Source: Pseudomonas aeruginosa PAO1
Lineage (GTDB): Bacteria; Pseudomonadota; Gammaproteobacteria; Pseudomonadales; Pseudomonadaceae
DNA length: 64,000 nt
Assembly (NCBI RefSeq): GCF_000006765.1
Contig: NC_002516.2
Direction: 5' to 3' (one strand)
In this document: in pieces, positions 21,720 to 32,514 of the stretch
Numbering within the stretch: position 1 is the stretch's first letter
How the letters are laid out: each line of letters begins with the position of its first letter
Position numbers and translations under genes: made by a program
The notes under the pieces: model-generated
Seen by the model: only the letters and a program-made list of their open reading frames with translations
Told to the model about the DNA's origin: nothing
Databases searched by the model: none

Positions 21720-23417
21720 ATGAGCAGTCAACGCCGAAACTACCGCTTCATCCTTGTCGTCACCCTGTTCGTCCTCGCCTCCCTGGCCGTCTCCGGACGG
21801 TTGGTCTATCTCCAGGTCCACGACCACGAATTCCTCGCCGACCAGGGCGACCTCCGCTCGATCCGCGACCTGCCGATCCCGGTCACCCGCGGCATGATCA
21901 CCGACCGCAACGGCGAGCCGCTGGCGGTATCCACCGAAGTCGCGTCGATCTGGTGCAACCCCAGGGAAATGGCCGCCCACCTCGACGAGGTGCCGCGCCT
22001 GGCCGGCGCCCTGCACCGCCCCGCGGCGGCGCTGCTGGCCCAGCTCCAGGCCAACCCGAACAAGCGCTTCCTCTACCTCGAGCGCGGCCTGTCGCCGATC
22101 GAGGCCAGCGAGGTGATGGCCCTGGGCATAACGGGGGTACACCAGATCAAGGAATACAAGCGTTTCTACCCCAGTTCCGAGCTGACCGCGCAGTTGATCG
22201 GCCTGGTCAACATCGACGGCCGCGGCCAGGAAGGCACCGAACTGGGCTTCAACGACTGGCTGAGCGGCAAGGACGGGGTACGCGAGGTGGCGATCAACCC
22301 GCGCGGCTCGCTGGTCAACAGCATCAAGGTGCTGAAGACGCCCAAGGCCAGCCAGGACGTGGCCCTGAGCATCGACCTGCGACTACAGTTCATCGCCTAC
22401 AAGGCGCTGGAAAAGGCCGTGCTCAAGTTCGGCGCGCACTCCGGCTCGGCGGTCCTGGTGAACCCGAAGAGCGGGCAGATCCTGGCGATGGCCAACTTCC
22501 CCTCCTACAACCCGAACAACCGCGCCAGCTTCGCCCCGGCCTTCATGCGCAACCGCACCCTCACCGATACCTTCGAGCCGGGCTCGGTGATCAAGCCGTT
22601 CAGCATGTCGGCGGCGCTGGCCTCCGGCAAGTTCGACGAGAACAGTCAAGTCAGCGTGGCACCGGGCTGGATGACCATCGACGGGCACACCATCCACGAC
22701 GTCGCCCGGCGCGACGTACTGACCATGACCGGGGTGCTGATCAACTCCTCGAACATCGGCATGAGCAAGGTCGCCCTGCAGATCGGACCCAAGCCGATCC
22801 TCGAACAGCTCGGCCGGGTCGGTTTCGGCGCGCCGCTGTCGCTGGGCTTCCCCGGCGAGAACCCGGGCTACCTGCCGTTCCACGAGAAATGGTCGAACAT
22901 CGCCACCGCCAGCATGTCGTTCGGCTACAGCCTGGCGGTGAACACCGCCGAGCTGGCCCAGGCCTACTCGGTGTTCGCCAACGACGGCAAGCTGGTGCCG
23001 CTCAGCCTGCTCCGCGACAACCCGCAGAACCAGGTGCGACAGGCGATGGACCCGCAGATCGCACGGCGCATCCGGGCGATGCTGCAAACCGTGGTGGAAG
23101 ACCCGAAGGGCGTGGTCCGCGCCCGCGTGCCGGGCTACCACGTGGCGGGCAAGAGCGGCACCGCGCGCAAGGCCTCGGGCCGGGGCTACGCGGACAAGTC
23201 CTACCGTTCGCTGTTCGTCGGCATGGCGCCGGCGTCCGACCCGCAACTGGTGCTGGCGGTGATGATCGATTCGCCGACCAGGATCGGCTACTTCGGCGGC
23301 CTGGTCTCGGCGCCCACCTTCAGCGACATCATGGCCGGATCGCTACGCGCCCTGGCGATCCCGCCGGACAACCTGCAGGACAGCCCGGCCGTCGCCGACC
23401 GCCAGCACCACGGCTGA
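21720..23417 (+). CDS. pbpC: Penicillin-binding protein 3A (class B, FtsI paralogue)
   Basis: N-terminal TM and RGMITDRNG; SVIK (SxxK), SSN (SxN), KSGT; 565 aa. Confidence 0.92.
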   Translation: MSSQRRNYRFILVVTLFVLASLAVSGRLVYLQVHDHEFLADQGDLRSIRDLPIPVTRGMITDRNGEPLAVSTEVASIWCNPREMAAHLDEVPRLAGALHRPAAALLAQLQANPNKRFLYLERGLSPIEASEVMALGITGVHQIKEYKRFYPSSELTAQLIGLVNIDGRGQEGTELGFNDWLSGKDGVREVAINPRGSLVNSIKVLKTPKASQDVALSIDLRLQFIAYKALEKAVLKFGAHSGSAVLVNPKSGQILAMANFPSYNPNNRASFAPAFMRNRTLTDTFEPGSVIKPFSMSAALASGKFDENSQVSVAPGWMTIDGHTIHDVARRDVLTMTGVLINSSNIGMSKVALQIGPKPILEQLGRVGFGAPLSLGFPGENPGYLPFHEKWSNIATASMSFGYSLAVNTAELAQAYSVFANDGKLVPLSLLRDNPQNQVRQAMDPQIARRIRAMLQTVVEDPKGVVRARVPGYHVAGKSGTARKASGRGYADKSYRSLFVGMAPASDPQLVLAVMIDSPTRIGYFGGLVSAPTFSDIMAGSLRALAIPPDNLQDSPAVADRQHHG

Positions 23418-23424
23418 CCGCTGC

Positions 23425-23895
23425 CTAGCCGTCGTGCTCGCGGCCCTCGGCGTCCAGCCAGTGCGCTCCCGGCCCCTCGGCGGAAAGCTGGTCGCCGGGG
23501 TTGCGCAACGGGCAGGCCTGGAGCGACAGGCAGCCGCAACCGATGCAGCCGTCCAGTTGGTCGCGCAACAGCAGCAGCTTGTCGATGCGCTCGGTGAGAT
23601 CCTCCTTCCACTGCGCCGACAGGCGCGCCCAGTCCGCCGCGCTAGGGCTGCGCCCCGCCGGCAGGGTCTGCAGGGCGCGAGCGATCTCCGCGAGGGGAAT
23701 GCCGACCCGCTGGGCGACCTTGATCACCACCACCCGGCGTAGCGTCTCGCGACTGAAGCGCCGCTGGTTGCCGGCGTTGCGCTGGCTGCTGATCAGCCCC
23801 TTGGTTTCGTAGAAATGCAGGGCGGAGACCGCCACGCCGGCACGCCTGGCCAGTTCGCCGACGCTCAGTTCACGAGATGCGCAGGAATTCTTCAT
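23425..23895 (-). CDS. soxR: Redox-sensing MerR-family regulator SoxR
   Basis: RNAGNQRRF and the [14 protein letters not shown] [2Fe-2S] motif. Confidence 0.96.
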   Translation of the reverse strand: MKNSCASRELSVGELARRAGVAVSALHFYETKGLISSQRNAGNQRRFSRETLRRVVVIKVAQRVGIPLAEIARALQTLPAGRSPSAADWARLSAQWKEDLTERIDKLLLLRDQLDGCIGCGCLSLQACPLRNPGDQLSAEGPGAHWLDAEGREHDG

Positions 23896-23902
23896 GATTG
23901 GC

Positions 23903-23933
23903 TTGACCTCAAGTTTGCTTGAGGTTTTACCCT
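23903..23933 (+). promoter_or_regulatory. SoxR box within a 19-bp-spacer sigma70 promoter
   Basis: TTGACC (23903-08), 19 bp, TACCCT (23928-33). Palindrome CCTCAAGTTTGCTTGAGG at 23907-23924. Confidence 0.9.
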
Positions 23934-23972
23934 GGGCCGGCCCTCGACACAAGTCACCCGGAGTAACCCGCC

Positions 23973-24350
23973 ATGCTCATCCCCTCCTCCTACTGCTGCA
24001 CCGACGATCAGTGCCCGGCCGCTAGCGAGCGGTCGCCGTGCTACGCGCAACTCATCGATATCGAGGTGGAACCCGCCAGCCAGTTGTCGCTGGCGCTGGA
24101 ACAGAACGCGCACCTGCAACGCCTGGAACGCTGCTTCAGGAACTGCCCGGGCTACCTGTCCGCCAGCCTGCACCCCAGCGAGGACGGCCAGCACGTGCTG
24201 AACTACACCTGCTGGCGTTCACGCGAGGACTGCGAACGCGCCTGGCTGGCCCGGGAGGACGCGCAAGGCCCGCTGAGCGCGGGCGTCTGGCGGCTGGGGG
24301 CGAAAAGCGTGCGTTTCGAGACCTTCCTGGTCGACGCCGAGGGCTGCTGA
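23973..24350 (+). CDS. ABM-family monooxygenase-like protein, SoxR target
   Basis: [27 protein letters not shown] dimeric alpha-beta barrel pattern; downstream of the SoxR box. Confidence 0.85.
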   Translation: MLIPSSYCCTDDQCPAASERSPCYAQLIDIEVEPASQLSLALEQNAHLQRLERCFRNCPGYLSASLHPSEDGQHVLNYTCWRSREDCERAWLAREDAQGPLSAGVWRLGAKSVRFETFLVDAEGC

Positions 24351-24374
24351 GCCCGCCGGCGCCGACGGCCCGTC

Positions 24375-25436
24375 TCAGAAGGACTTCTGCAGGGAGGCCA
24401 TGTCGATCACGAAGCGATACTTCACGTCGCTGGCCAGCATCCGCTCGTAGGCCTGGTTGATCTGCTGGATCTCGATCATCTCGATGTCGCAGGCGATCCC
24501 GTGGGCCGCGCAGAAATCCAGCATTTCCTGGGTCTCGGCGATGCCGCCGATGGCCGAGCCGGCGATCGAGCGGCGTCCCATCACCAGTTGCGCACCGTGC
24601 ACCGCCGGCTCCAGCGGCTCGAGCAGGCCGACCAGTACGAGGGTGCCGTCGCGCTTGAGGGTCGCCAGATAGGGATTGAGGTCGTGCTGGTGCGGCACGG
24701 TGTCCAGGATCAGGTCGAAGCGTCCGGCGACGGCGGCCATCCGCTGTGGGTCGGTGGAAAGGATCACCTGGTCGGCGCCGAGCCGCCGCGCTTCCTCTTC
24801 CTTGCCCGGCGAGCGGGTGAACAGGGCCACCTCGGCACCGAGCGCCCTGGCGAACTTCAGGCCCATGTGACCGAGGCCGCCCAGGCCGACCACCGCCACC
24901 CGGCTGCCGGGACCGACCTTCCAGTGACGCAGTGGCGAGTAGGACGTGATCCCGGCGCACAGCAGCGGCGCCGCCGCCTTCGGATCGAGCCCCTGGGGAA
25001 TGCGCAGGACGAACCTGGCCGAGACCACGATGCGCTCCGAGTAGCCGCCGAAGGTCGGCAGGCCGTCGTGGCGGTCGCGGCCGTTGTAGGTCAGGGTCGG
25101 GTATTCCGCGCAATACTGCTCCAGGCCCTCGGAGCAGGCGGCGCAGTGCCGGCAGGAGTCGACCATGCAGCCGACGCCGACCAGTTCGCCGACCGCGAAA
25201 CCGCTCACCGCCTCGCCGACGCTGGCGACCCGGCCGATGATCTCGTGGCCCGGCACCAGCGGGTACAGGCTGTTGTGCCATTCGTTGCGCGCCTGATGGA
25301 GGTCCGAGTGGCAGACGCCGCAGTAGAGGATGTCGATCACCAGGTCGTCGGCGCGCGGCGCGCGGCGTTCGAAGCGATGGGCGGTCAGCGGGGTGCTGGC
25401 GGACTGGGCGGCGTAGCCGCGGATCTGTAGGGTCAT
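24375..25436 (-). CDS. Zn-dependent NADP alcohol dehydrogenase (CAD/YahK-like)
   Basis: CGVCHSDLH, GHEIIG, CRHCAACSEGLEQYC and GLGGLG. Confidence 0.93.
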   Translation of the reverse strand: MTLQIRGYAAQSASTPLTAHRFERRAPRADDLVIDILYCGVCHSDLHQARNEWHNSLYPLVPGHEIIGRVASVGEAVSGFAVGELVGVGCMVDSCRHCAACSEGLEQYCAEYPTLTYNGRDRHDGLPTFGGYSERIVVSARFVLRIPQGLDPKAAAPLLCAGITSYSPLRHWKVGPGSRVAVVGLGGLGHMGLKFARALGAEVALFTRSPGKEEEARRLGADQVILSTDPQRMAAVAGRFDLILDTVPHQHDLNPYLATLKRDGTLVLVGLLEPLEPAVHGAQLVMGRRSIAGSAIGGIAETQEMLDFCAAHGIACDIEMIEIQQINQAYERMLASDVKYRFVIDMASLQKSF

Positions 25437-25644
25437 CGGTGTGTCCTCTTCGCAGGATGGCGGGCCGCGACGGCTTGCTGGCGGCGGTCCGTTCGGGGGG
25501 CAATTGTTCGCCGGATGGGCGCCGCCGCAGAATGTCCATTCCTGTCGAAGCCTTGCCCATTCGTGCCGATGTTGCGTGCCGCCACTGCCCAGGCGCGCAC
25601 GGGGTTGCTACGTTTGCCTCCCCTCCTGGAGAAACAGCCAAGGC

Positions 25645-26535
25645 ATGAGCACTACTTCCACCGACATGGCGTCGCTGATCGCCACCCTGCAAGACGAACC
25701 GGGTTTCGACGCCACCCGCATCCCCGGGGTTCGCCTGATGCGCGCCGAACAGGCCTATCCGCGCAGCCCGGTGTTCTATGAGCCGCGCATCTGCATCCTC
25801 GCCCAGGGCCAGAAGATCGGTTTCCTCGGCGGCGAAACCTACCGCTACGACGCCGAACGCTACCTGGTGATGTCGGTGCCCCTGCCGTTCGAATGCGAAA
25901 CCCACGCCTCCGCCGCCGAACCCTTGCTGGGAGTGAGCGTCGACGTGGATATCGGCACCTTGAAGGAACTGCTGCTACAGATGGAAGAGGCTCCCGGCAG
26001 CGACGACGACAATGAGCTGGCACCCAGCGCGCCGATGGCTTCGGTACCGCTGGACGCGGGGATGGCCGATGCGGTGATGCGCCTGCTGGGCTGCCTGCAG
26101 AGCCCGCTGGACAGCCATATCCTCGGCCCGCAACTGGTCCGCGAGATCATCTTCCGCGCCCTGCGCAGCGAGCAGGGCAACGCCCTGCGTGCGGTGGCCG
26201 GCCGGCACAGCGGCTACGGGCGCATGGCCAGGGCCCTGCGGCGCATCCACACCGACTACGCCAGTGCGCTGGACATCGACACCCTGGCTCGCGAGGCGAA
26301 CATGAGCGTGTCGACCTTCCACCACAACTTCAAGGCGATGACCTTCACCTCGCCCCTCCAGTACCTGAAGAGCGTGCGCCTGTACAAGGCCTGGAGCCTG
26401 ATGGTGCAGGACGGGCTGAACGCCAGTACCGCCGCCAACCAGGTCGGCTACGAGAGTCCCTCGCAGTTCAGCCGCGAGTTCAAGCGCTACTTCGGGCGCA
26501 CGCCGAGCGAGGAAGTCCAGGCCGCCCGCCGCTAG
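25645..26535 (+). CDS. AraC-family regulator (YqhC-like), divergent from the dehydrogenase
   Basis: MSVSTFHHNFKAMT..SPLQYLK and VGYESPSQFSREFKRYFG. Confidence 0.9.
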   Translation: MSTTSTDMASLIATLQDEPGFDATRIPGVRLMRAEQAYPRSPVFYEPRICILAQGQKIGFLGGETYRYDAERYLVMSVPLPFECETHASAAEPLLGVSVDVDIGTLKELLLQMEEAPGSDDDNELAPSAPMASVPLDAGMADAVMRLLGCLQSPLDSHILGPQLVREIIFRALRSEQGNALRAVAGRHSGYGRMARALRRIHTDYASALDIDTLAREANMSVSTFHHNFKAMTFTSPLQYLKSVRLYKAWSLMVQDGLNASTAANQVGYESPSQFSREFKRYFGRTPSEEVQAARR

Positions 26536-26554
26536 CCGGCGGGAGCGGGGGCGC

Positions 26555-26582
26555 TTGCAATACATACGGATATCCGTATATT
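26555..26582 (+). promoter_or_regulatory. ars promoter with probable ArsR operator
   Basis: TTGCAA (26555-60) and TATATT (26577-82) enclose the perfect palindrome ATACGGATATCCGTAT (26564-26579). Confidence 0.7.
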
Positions 26583-26613
26583 CAGCTTTCCATATATCCA
26601 GGAAGGCCCAGCG

Positions 26614-26964
26614 ATGCCCAGCCCCGCCGAAGTGTTCAAGTGCCTGGCCGACGAGACGCGTGTTCGCGCCACCCTGCTGATCGTCGACCAGGGCGAACTG
26701 TGCGTCTGCGAACTGATGTGCGCCCTCGCCGACAGCCAGCCGAAGATCAGCCGCCACCTGGCCCAGTTGCGCAGTGCCGGGCTGCTCCTCGACCGTCGCC
26801 AGGGCCAGTGGGTGTATTACCGCCTGAACCCTGCGCTGCCGGCCTGGATCCACGAAGTCCTGCAAGTGACCCTGCGGGCCAACGGCGACTGGCTGCAAGC
26901 CGACGCAGCGCGCCTGCGCGACATGGACGGCCGCCCGCAGCGCGCCTCCGCCTGCTGCCAATAG
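26614..26964 (+). CDS. arsR: Arsenite-responsive repressor
   Basis: ELCVCEL motif and [13 protein letters not shown]. Confidence 0.95.
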   Translation: MPSPAEVFKCLADETRVRATLLIVDQGELCVCELMCALADSQPKISRHLAQLRSAGLLLDRRQGQWVYYRLNPALPAWIHEVLQVTLRANGDWLQADAARLRDMDGRPQRASACCQ

Positions 26965-26977
26965 CGCGAGCCGCCCC

Positions 26978-28261
26978 ATGCTGATCGCCTTCGCCATCTT
27001 CCTGTTCACCCTGGTCCTGGTCATCTGGCAGCCCAGGGGCCTCGGCATCGGCTGGAGCGCCAGCATCGGTGCCCTGCTCGCCCTGGCGCTGGGCAGCGTC
27101 GCGCCGGGCGACATCCCGACCGTCTGGAACATCGTCTGGAATGCCACCGCCACCTTCATCGCGGTGATCGTCATCAGCCTGCTGCTGGACGAGGCCGGCT
27201 TCTTCGAATGGGCCGCGCTGCACGTCGCGCGCTGGGCTGGCGGCGACGGCCGGCGCCTGTTCGCCTTCTGCGTGCTGCTCGGCGCGGCGGTCTCGGCGCT
27301 GTTCGCCAACGACGGCGCGGCGCTGATCCTCACGCCCATCGTGATGTCGATGCTGCTGGCCCTGCGCTTCAGCCCGGCGGCGACCCTGGCCTTCGTCATG
27401 GCGGCGGGCTTCATCGCCGACAGCGCCAGCCTGCCGCTGGTGGTCTCGAACCTGGTGAACATCGTCTCGGCCGACTACTTCGGGCTCGGCTTCGGCGAGT
27501 ACGCCGCGGTCATGCTGCCGGTAAACCTGGTGAGCGTCGCGACCTCCCTGCTGGTGCTGTTCCTCTATTTCCGCCGCGACCTGCCGCCGGTCTATGCGCT
27601 GGAGCAATTGAAGCCGCCGCGGGCGGCGATCCGCGACCGCGCGACCTTCGTCGTCGGTGGCTGGATGCTGCTGGTCCTGCTCGCCGGGCTGTTCGCCCTG
27701 GAGCCGCTGGGCGTCCCCGTCAGCGCGGTGGCCGCGGCCTGTGCGGCGCTGCTGCTGGCGGTGGCCGGGCGCGGGCGGGTGATCTCGACCCGGCGGGTGC
27801 TGCGCGAAGCGCCCTGGCAGATCGTGGTCTTCTCGCTGGGCATGTACCTGGTGGTCTACGGCCTGAAGAACGCCGGTCTCACCGACCTCCTGGCGCAGCT
27901 CCTGAACCGCCTGGCCGAGCACGGCGTATGGGCGGCCGCGCTGGGTACCGGACTGCTTTCCGCCGCCCTCTCGTCGGTAATGAACAACATGCCCAGCATG
28001 CTGCTCGGCGCCCTGTCGATCCAGGCCAGCGACACCGCCGGCGCGGTGCGCGAAGCGATGATCTACGCCAACGTCATCGGCTGCGACCTGGGTCCGAAGA
28101 TCACCCCTATCGGCAGCCTGGCGACGCTGCTCTGGCTGCACGTGCTGGCGCGCAAAGGCATGCGCATCACCTGGGGCTACTACTTCAGGGTCGGCGCCCT
28201 GCTGACCCTGCCGGTCCTGCTGGCGACCCTTTCGGCCCTGGCCCTGCGCCTGGCCATCTGA
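26978..28261 (+). CDS. arsB: Arsenite efflux pump
   Basis: [11 protein letters not shown] and [17 protein letters not shown]. Confidence 0.95.
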   Translation: MLIAFAIFLFTLVLVIWQPRGLGIGWSASIGALLALALGSVAPGDIPTVWNIVWNATATFIAVIVISLLLDEAGFFEWAALHVARWAGGDGRRLFAFCVLLGAAVSALFANDGAALILTPIVMSMLLALRFSPAATLAFVMAAGFIADSASLPLVVSNLVNIVSADYFGLGFGEYAAVMLPVNLVSVATSLLVLFLYFRRDLPPVYALEQLKPPRAAIRDRATFVVGGWMLLVLLAGLFALEPLGVPVSAVAAACAALLLAVAGRGRVISTRRVLREAPWQIVVFSLGMYLVVYGLKNAGLTDLLAQLLNRLAEHGVWAAALGTGLLSAALSSVMNNMPSMLLGALSIQASDTAGAVREAMIYANVIGCDLGPKITPIGSLATLLWLHVLARKGMRITWGYYFRVGALLTLPVLLATLSALALRLAI

Positions 28262-28292
28262 CGGCCGCCGGCGACGGCGGCAGGAGCATCCC

Positions 28293-28763
28293 ATGCGAGT
28301 CCTGTTCATGTGCACGGCCAACAGTTGCCGCAGCATTCTTTCCGAAGCCATGTTCAACCACCTGGCCCCGCCGGGTTTCGAGGCATGCAGCGCCGGCAGC
28401 CAGCCCAGCGGGCGGGTGCATCCGCGCAGCCTGGCGACCCTCGAACAGGCCGGCATCGCCACCCACGGCCTGTACAGCAAGGGCAGCGAAGCCTTCGAAG
28501 GCGCACCACCGGACATCGTCATCACCGTTTGCGACGCCGCCGCGGGGGAAGCCTGCCCGCTGTATCTCGGCGCAGCGCTGAAGGCCCATTGGGGCCTGGC
28601 CGATCCCTCCGCCCTGGATGGCGACGAAGCCCTGCGGGATGCGGCGTTCCACGCCACCCTGGCACGCATCGAACAGCGTTGCCGAGCCTTCCTCGGCCTG
28701 CCCTTCGCTACCCTGGATCGCGACCAGCTCAAGCGTGAGCTGGAGCGCATCGGCTCGCTCTGA
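28293..28763 (+). CDS. arsC: Arsenate reductase, LMW-PTPase (thioredoxin) type
   Basis: CTANSCRS P-loop with resolving Cys in TVCD and EACP. Confidence 0.92.
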   Translation: MRVLFMCTANSCRSILSEAMFNHLAPPGFEACSAGSQPSGRVHPRSLATLEQAGIATHGLYSKGSEAFEGAPPDIVITVCDAAAGEACPLYLGAALKAHWGLADPSALDGDEALRDAAFHATLARIEQRCRAFLGLPFATLDRDQLKRELERIGSL

Positions 28764-28774
28764 CCGGAGGAAGC

Positions 28775-29467
28775 ATGTCCGAACAACTACCCAACCTCGA
28801 TCCCGCGCTGCTCGGCGACCCGCCCCCCGTCTCCGGGCACAGGCCGCGCATCCTCCTGCTCTACGGCTCGACCCGCGAGCGCTCCTTCAGCCGCCTGCTG
28901 GTGCTGGAGGCCGCACGCCTGCTCGAACGCTTCGGTGCCGAAACGCGGATTTTCGACCCTTCCGGGCTGCCATTGCCCGATGATGCACCGGTGGAGCATC
29001 CCAAGGTCCGCGAGTTGCGCGACCTGGTGCAGTGGTCGGAAGGCCAGGTCTGGTGCTCGCCCGAGCGCCACGGTGCGCTGTCCGCGGTATTCAAGGCGCA
29101 GATCGACTGGATTCCCCTGGCACTCGGGGCGGTGCGCCCGACCCAGGGCAAGACCCTGGCGCTGATGCAGGTCTGCGGCGGCTCGCAGTCGTTCAACGTG
29201 GTCAACCAGTTGCGCGTGCTGGGTCGCTGGATGCGCATGTTCACCATCCCCAACCAGTCCTCGGTTCCCAAGGCCTACCTGGAGTTCGACGAAGCGGGCC
29301 GGATGAAGCCATCGCCCTACTACGACCGGGTGGTCGACGTGATGGAGGAGTTGTTCAAGTTCACCCTGCTCCTGCGCGAGCGCACGGACTTCCTGGTGGA
29401 CCGCTATTCGGAGCGCAAGGAAAGCGCCGAGCAGCTTTCCGCGCGGGTCGACCAGCGTTCGCTCTGA
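28775..29467 (+). CDS. arsH: ArsH NADPH-dependent FMN reductase / organoarsenical oxidase
   Basis: [21 protein letters not shown] and VCGGSQSFN. Confidence 0.95.
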   Translation: MSEQLPNLDPALLGDPPPVSGHRPRILLLYGSTRERSFSRLLVLEAARLLERFGAETRIFDPSGLPLPDDAPVEHPKVRELRDLVQWSEGQVWCSPERHGALSAVFKAQIDWIPLALGAVRPTQGKTLALMQVCGGSQSFNVVNQLRVLGRWMRMFTIPNQSSVPKAYLEFDEAGRMKPSPYYDRVVDVMEELFKFTLLLRERTDFLVDRYSERKESAEQLSARVDQRSL

Positions 29468-29479
29468 ACCGCGTCCGCC

Positions 29480-30424
29480 TCACTCGCGCCCCGGCGGATG
29501 GCCGAAGCGCGCGCGGTAGGCATGGGTGAAGTTTTCCGGACTGGAGTAACCCAGGCGATAGGCTATCTGCGCGATCTGCCAGCGACCCTCGCGGACCATC
29601 TGCCGGCCGATCTCGAGACGCCGGTCGCGGACGTACTGCAACATCGAGCGACCGAACTCGTTCTTGAAAATCCGCCGCAGGGTGGTTTCGCCGACCCCCA
29701 GTTGGCGCGCCAGTTCGAGGCTGGCCGGCGGCTCACCGAGGTTCGCCTCCAGCAGGCGGCGCGCTTCATGGGCCAGGTCGCGCTGGGCGCGTGGGGTGCG
29801 CGCGCGACGAAGGTCCGCGCCGCCCAGGTAGGCGGCCAGCTCCACCAGCAGGCCCAGGGTCAGGCTCTCTTCGTGCAGGCGTCCGAGGGCGCCGCGGTAT
29901 GGATTCTGGTAGAGGCGCTCGAACAGGGCGGTGATGGCGCCGCAACGGGACAACTGGGTAAAGCTCGCGCCGTCGCCCTTCAGCCGCGCCAGCGGCCGCA
30001 GGGCGCCATCGCCGGTTTCCAGTTCCTCTTCCAGATAGCTGGCGGCGATCCGCAGCCCGCCCAGGCGCACGCGGCTGCCCGCCGGCAGGATATCGAAGGC
30101 CTCCATCGGCTCGCCGGTGCCGAGCACCGAAGGACCGCCCAGGTTGTAGAGATAAGGCTCGCCGCCGTCGACGCTGTGCCGCCACTGGCCGTCGAACATC
30201 TGCACGATGCACAGGCCTTCCGGCAGCACCTTGTGGGTTCGCAGCGGCTCGGTGAAGCTCAGGTCGCAATCGAAATACTGCATCGACGGGCGCACCGTCC
30301 GCGCCTGGTAGTGACCGGTGGCGCTGCCGAGCATTTCGCGCGCGTCGAGGATCTGCGACTGGCTCAGGGGTGAAGGAGCGTCGAAATAGAGCTCCGTGTC
30401 GTGGTAGGGATTCCAGCTTTCCAT
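29480..30424 (-). CDS. AraC-family regulator (PchR-like), divergent from the M48 operon
   Basis: LARQLGVGETTLRRIFKNEFG and LGYSSPENFTHAYRARFG. Start codon uncertain. Confidence 0.85.
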   Translation of the reverse strand: MESWNPYHDTELYFDAPSPLSQSQILDAREMLGSATGHYQARTVRPSMQYFDCDLSFTEPLRTHKVLPEGLCIVQMFDGQWRHSVDGGEPYLYNLGGPSVLGTGEPMEAFDILPAGSRVRLGGLRIAASYLEEELETGDGALRPLARLKGDGASFTQLSRCGAITALFERLYQNPYRGALGRLHEESLTLGLLVELAAYLGGADLRRARTPRAQRDLAHEARRLLEANLGEPPASLELARQLGVGETTLRRIFKNEFGRSMLQYVRDRRLEIGRQMVREGRWQIAQIAYRLGYSSPENFTHAYRARFGHPPGRE

Positions 30425-30621
30425 GGCGTAGGTATCGGTGGGACGCAACCATCTGAACCGGTTCAGGCAGCGGCTTTCCAGGATGGTTCCGTGCGCTGAT
30501 CGAACCGAACCTGTGGGCGACGACGCTTTTCCTGTGAGCGGCGGCCGCCTCGGTTGTTCGTGGCTCGCGCCTGTATTAATAGATGCGCCCCTTTTACATC
30601 GCGTTGCCAAAGGGGGCGAGA

Positions 30622-31050
30622 ATGATAGCAAAGTGGACTGCGGCACTGCTGATGGGCGCACTGGCGTGGGGATCCTGCACGGCGCAGGCCGAAGAGGCGC
30701 GGCCGCCAGTCGCCGACAAGGTGGTGGCCTACCAGGGCCAGCAGGGGCTCAAGGTCTGGACCCTGCGTATCGGCGAAGCGGCGGCCGGCGAAGCGCTGTT
30801 GCAGGTCGAAGGTCTGGACCACGACTGGGACCGCCTGATCCACAAGGTAAAGGTGGAAAAGAGCGCCAGGGACAGTCGCTACTCCACCGAACTGAACGGC
30901 AGCAAGTATGTGATCCTGATCGTGCGCGACGGCTGGGGCGAGCTCTACCTGCCCGGCGAACAGCAGACGCGGCAGGTCGCCTATAGCGAGTCGCTGTCGT
31001 CCGCAGGCGAGCCCCAGGCATTCCTGACCGACTACCTCGAGCAGAAATAA
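30622..31050 (+). CDS. Secreted/periplasmic hypothetical protein, 142 aa
   Basis: Sec signal MIAKWTAALLMGALAWGSCTAQA-EE, typical codon usage, first gene of the operon. Confidence 0.8.
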   Translation: MIAKWTAALLMGALAWGSCTAQAEEARPPVADKVVAYQGQQGLKVWTLRIGEAAAGEALLQVEGLDHDWDRLIHKVKVEKSARDSRYSTELNGSKYVILIVRDGWGELYLPGEQQTRQVAYSESLSSAGEPQAFLTDYLEQK

Positions 31051-31056
31051 ACGCGG

Positions 31057-32514
31057 ATGAGCCACGATACGCTGCGGGTAAGGCTGCTCGCATTCCTCTT
31101 CCTGATTCCCCTGGCGCTCTACGCCTGGTCCGCCGTGCAGGCCTTCCGGGTCGACTCGACCCTGCGCGACGAACAGTTCATGCGCGACTGGAGCGCCTCG
31201 GTGCGCAACGACCCGGACGCCGCCGGCGCCATTCCCCGTCACCTGTTCCGTCCGGCCTATGGCGTCGAAGGTCATCTTCACCAGTTCGCCGAAGACGCCG
31301 AGGCCATCCGCCGCGACCATCCTTGGCTGGCTCTGCGCGGCTGGCTGGCCGCTATCGGCAAGCTCTGCGCGCTGGCGTCGGCGCTGGTCGCGGCCGCCTT
31401 GCTGGCGAGACTGGAATACGACGGGCGCCGCTCGATGCGCTCGCAAGCCTACCTGCTCGGCCACCTCGCGCCGGCCTGGCGGCGCCTCGGTCGACTAGTC
31501 CCGCTGCACGCCGGCCTGCTGGTCGCCGCCCTGGCCAGCCAGTTGCTCTACGAAGCGCTGTGGAGCTACAGCCACTGGCACAGCCACGGCTTCGTCGCCC
31601 TGCTCTTCTCACTGCCGCTGTGGCTGCTGTTCCTCGGCGGCCTGCTCATGCTGCGGCGCCTGCGCGGCGAACTGCTGCCGCTGGAGGAACCGGTGCTCCA
31701 CCTGCTCGGCCGCGAACTCGACCGCGTCGCCGCGCCCGGCCTCTGGCAATGGCTGGGACAGATCGCCGACCGCGCCGGAGCGCCGCTACCGGACCATGTC
31801 GTCACCGGCATCGAGCACTGCTACTTCGTCACCCAGGCCAAGGTCCTGCTGGCACCCCGCGGCATTCCGCTGGAGGGGCGTACCCTGTACATCCCGCTGA
31901 CCTATGCCTCGGTCATGAGCGAGGCCGAAAGCGCCGCGATCATCGGCCACGAACTGGGCCACTTCGCCGCCGGCGACACCGCCCACGGTGCATCCCTGTC
32001 GCTCCTGCAGCGGCAGGTGCGCCTGCGCATCGACCGCATCGCCGCCCCCGAAGTTGGGCATGTCGGCCTGCTCGGCAAGCCGGGCCTGTGGGCCGCGCTG
32101 TACTTCCTCGATCGCTTCGAGCGCGCCTACCTGCACTGGAATCGCCGCCAGGAACTGGCCGCCGACAAGGTCGGGGCGCGGGTAGCCGGCGCGCGGGTCT
32201 TCGCCATCGCGCTGCTACGCACCTGCGCCCTTGCAGGACTGATCGAACGCCTGCTGGCCAGCCCGCAGACGCGCAACCTGGTGCATGCGCTGACCGACCA
32301 TCTGCGCGGGAACTCCCTGGAACTGGACGAACAGGACAGCGCTCGCCGCCTGGAACACCCCTTCGACAGTCACCCGCCGACCTACCAGCGGATCGCGGAC
32401 CTTTCCCTGGCGCTCGACGACGATCTGCTGCGACAGGCAAGGCGCATCGTCAGCGCCGACGACACGCAGTGGCTCAACCGCCTGCTCGATGCAGGCCACG
32501 GGGAAAGCCGGTGA
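31057..32514 (+). CDS. M48 (HtpX-like) membrane Zn-metalloprotease, copy 1
   Basis: About 4 TM segments, then IIGHELGHF (HExxH), RRQELAAD and DSHPP. Confidence 0.85.
   Translation: MSHDTLRVRLLAFLFLIPLALYAWSAVQAFRVDSTLRDEQFMRDWSASVRNDPDAAGAIPRHLFRPAYGVEGHLHQFAEDAEAIRRDHPWLALRGWLAAIGKLCALASALVAAALLARLEYDGRRSMRSQAYLLGHLAPAWRRLGRLVPLHAGLLVAALASQLLYEALWSYSHWHSHGFVALLFSLPLWLLFLGGLLMLRRLRGELLPLEEPVLHLLGRELDRVAAPGLWQWLGQIADRAGAPLPDHVVTGIEHCYFVTQAKVLLAPRGIPLEGRTLYIPLTYASVMSEAESAAIIGHELGHFAAGDTAHGASLSLLQRQVRLRIDRIAAPEVGHVGLLGKPGLWAALYFLDRFERAYLHWNRRQELAADKVGARVAGARVFAIALLRTCALAGLIERLLASPQTRNLVHALTDHLRGNSLELDEQDSARRLEHPFDSHPPTYQRIADLSLALDDDLLRQARRIVSADDTQWLNRLLDAGHGESR

Noticed and set aside
26555-29467. 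ars operon as a mobile resistance island
   Set aside because: No integrase, IS, flanking direct repeats or compositional shift; it appears to be core chromosome.
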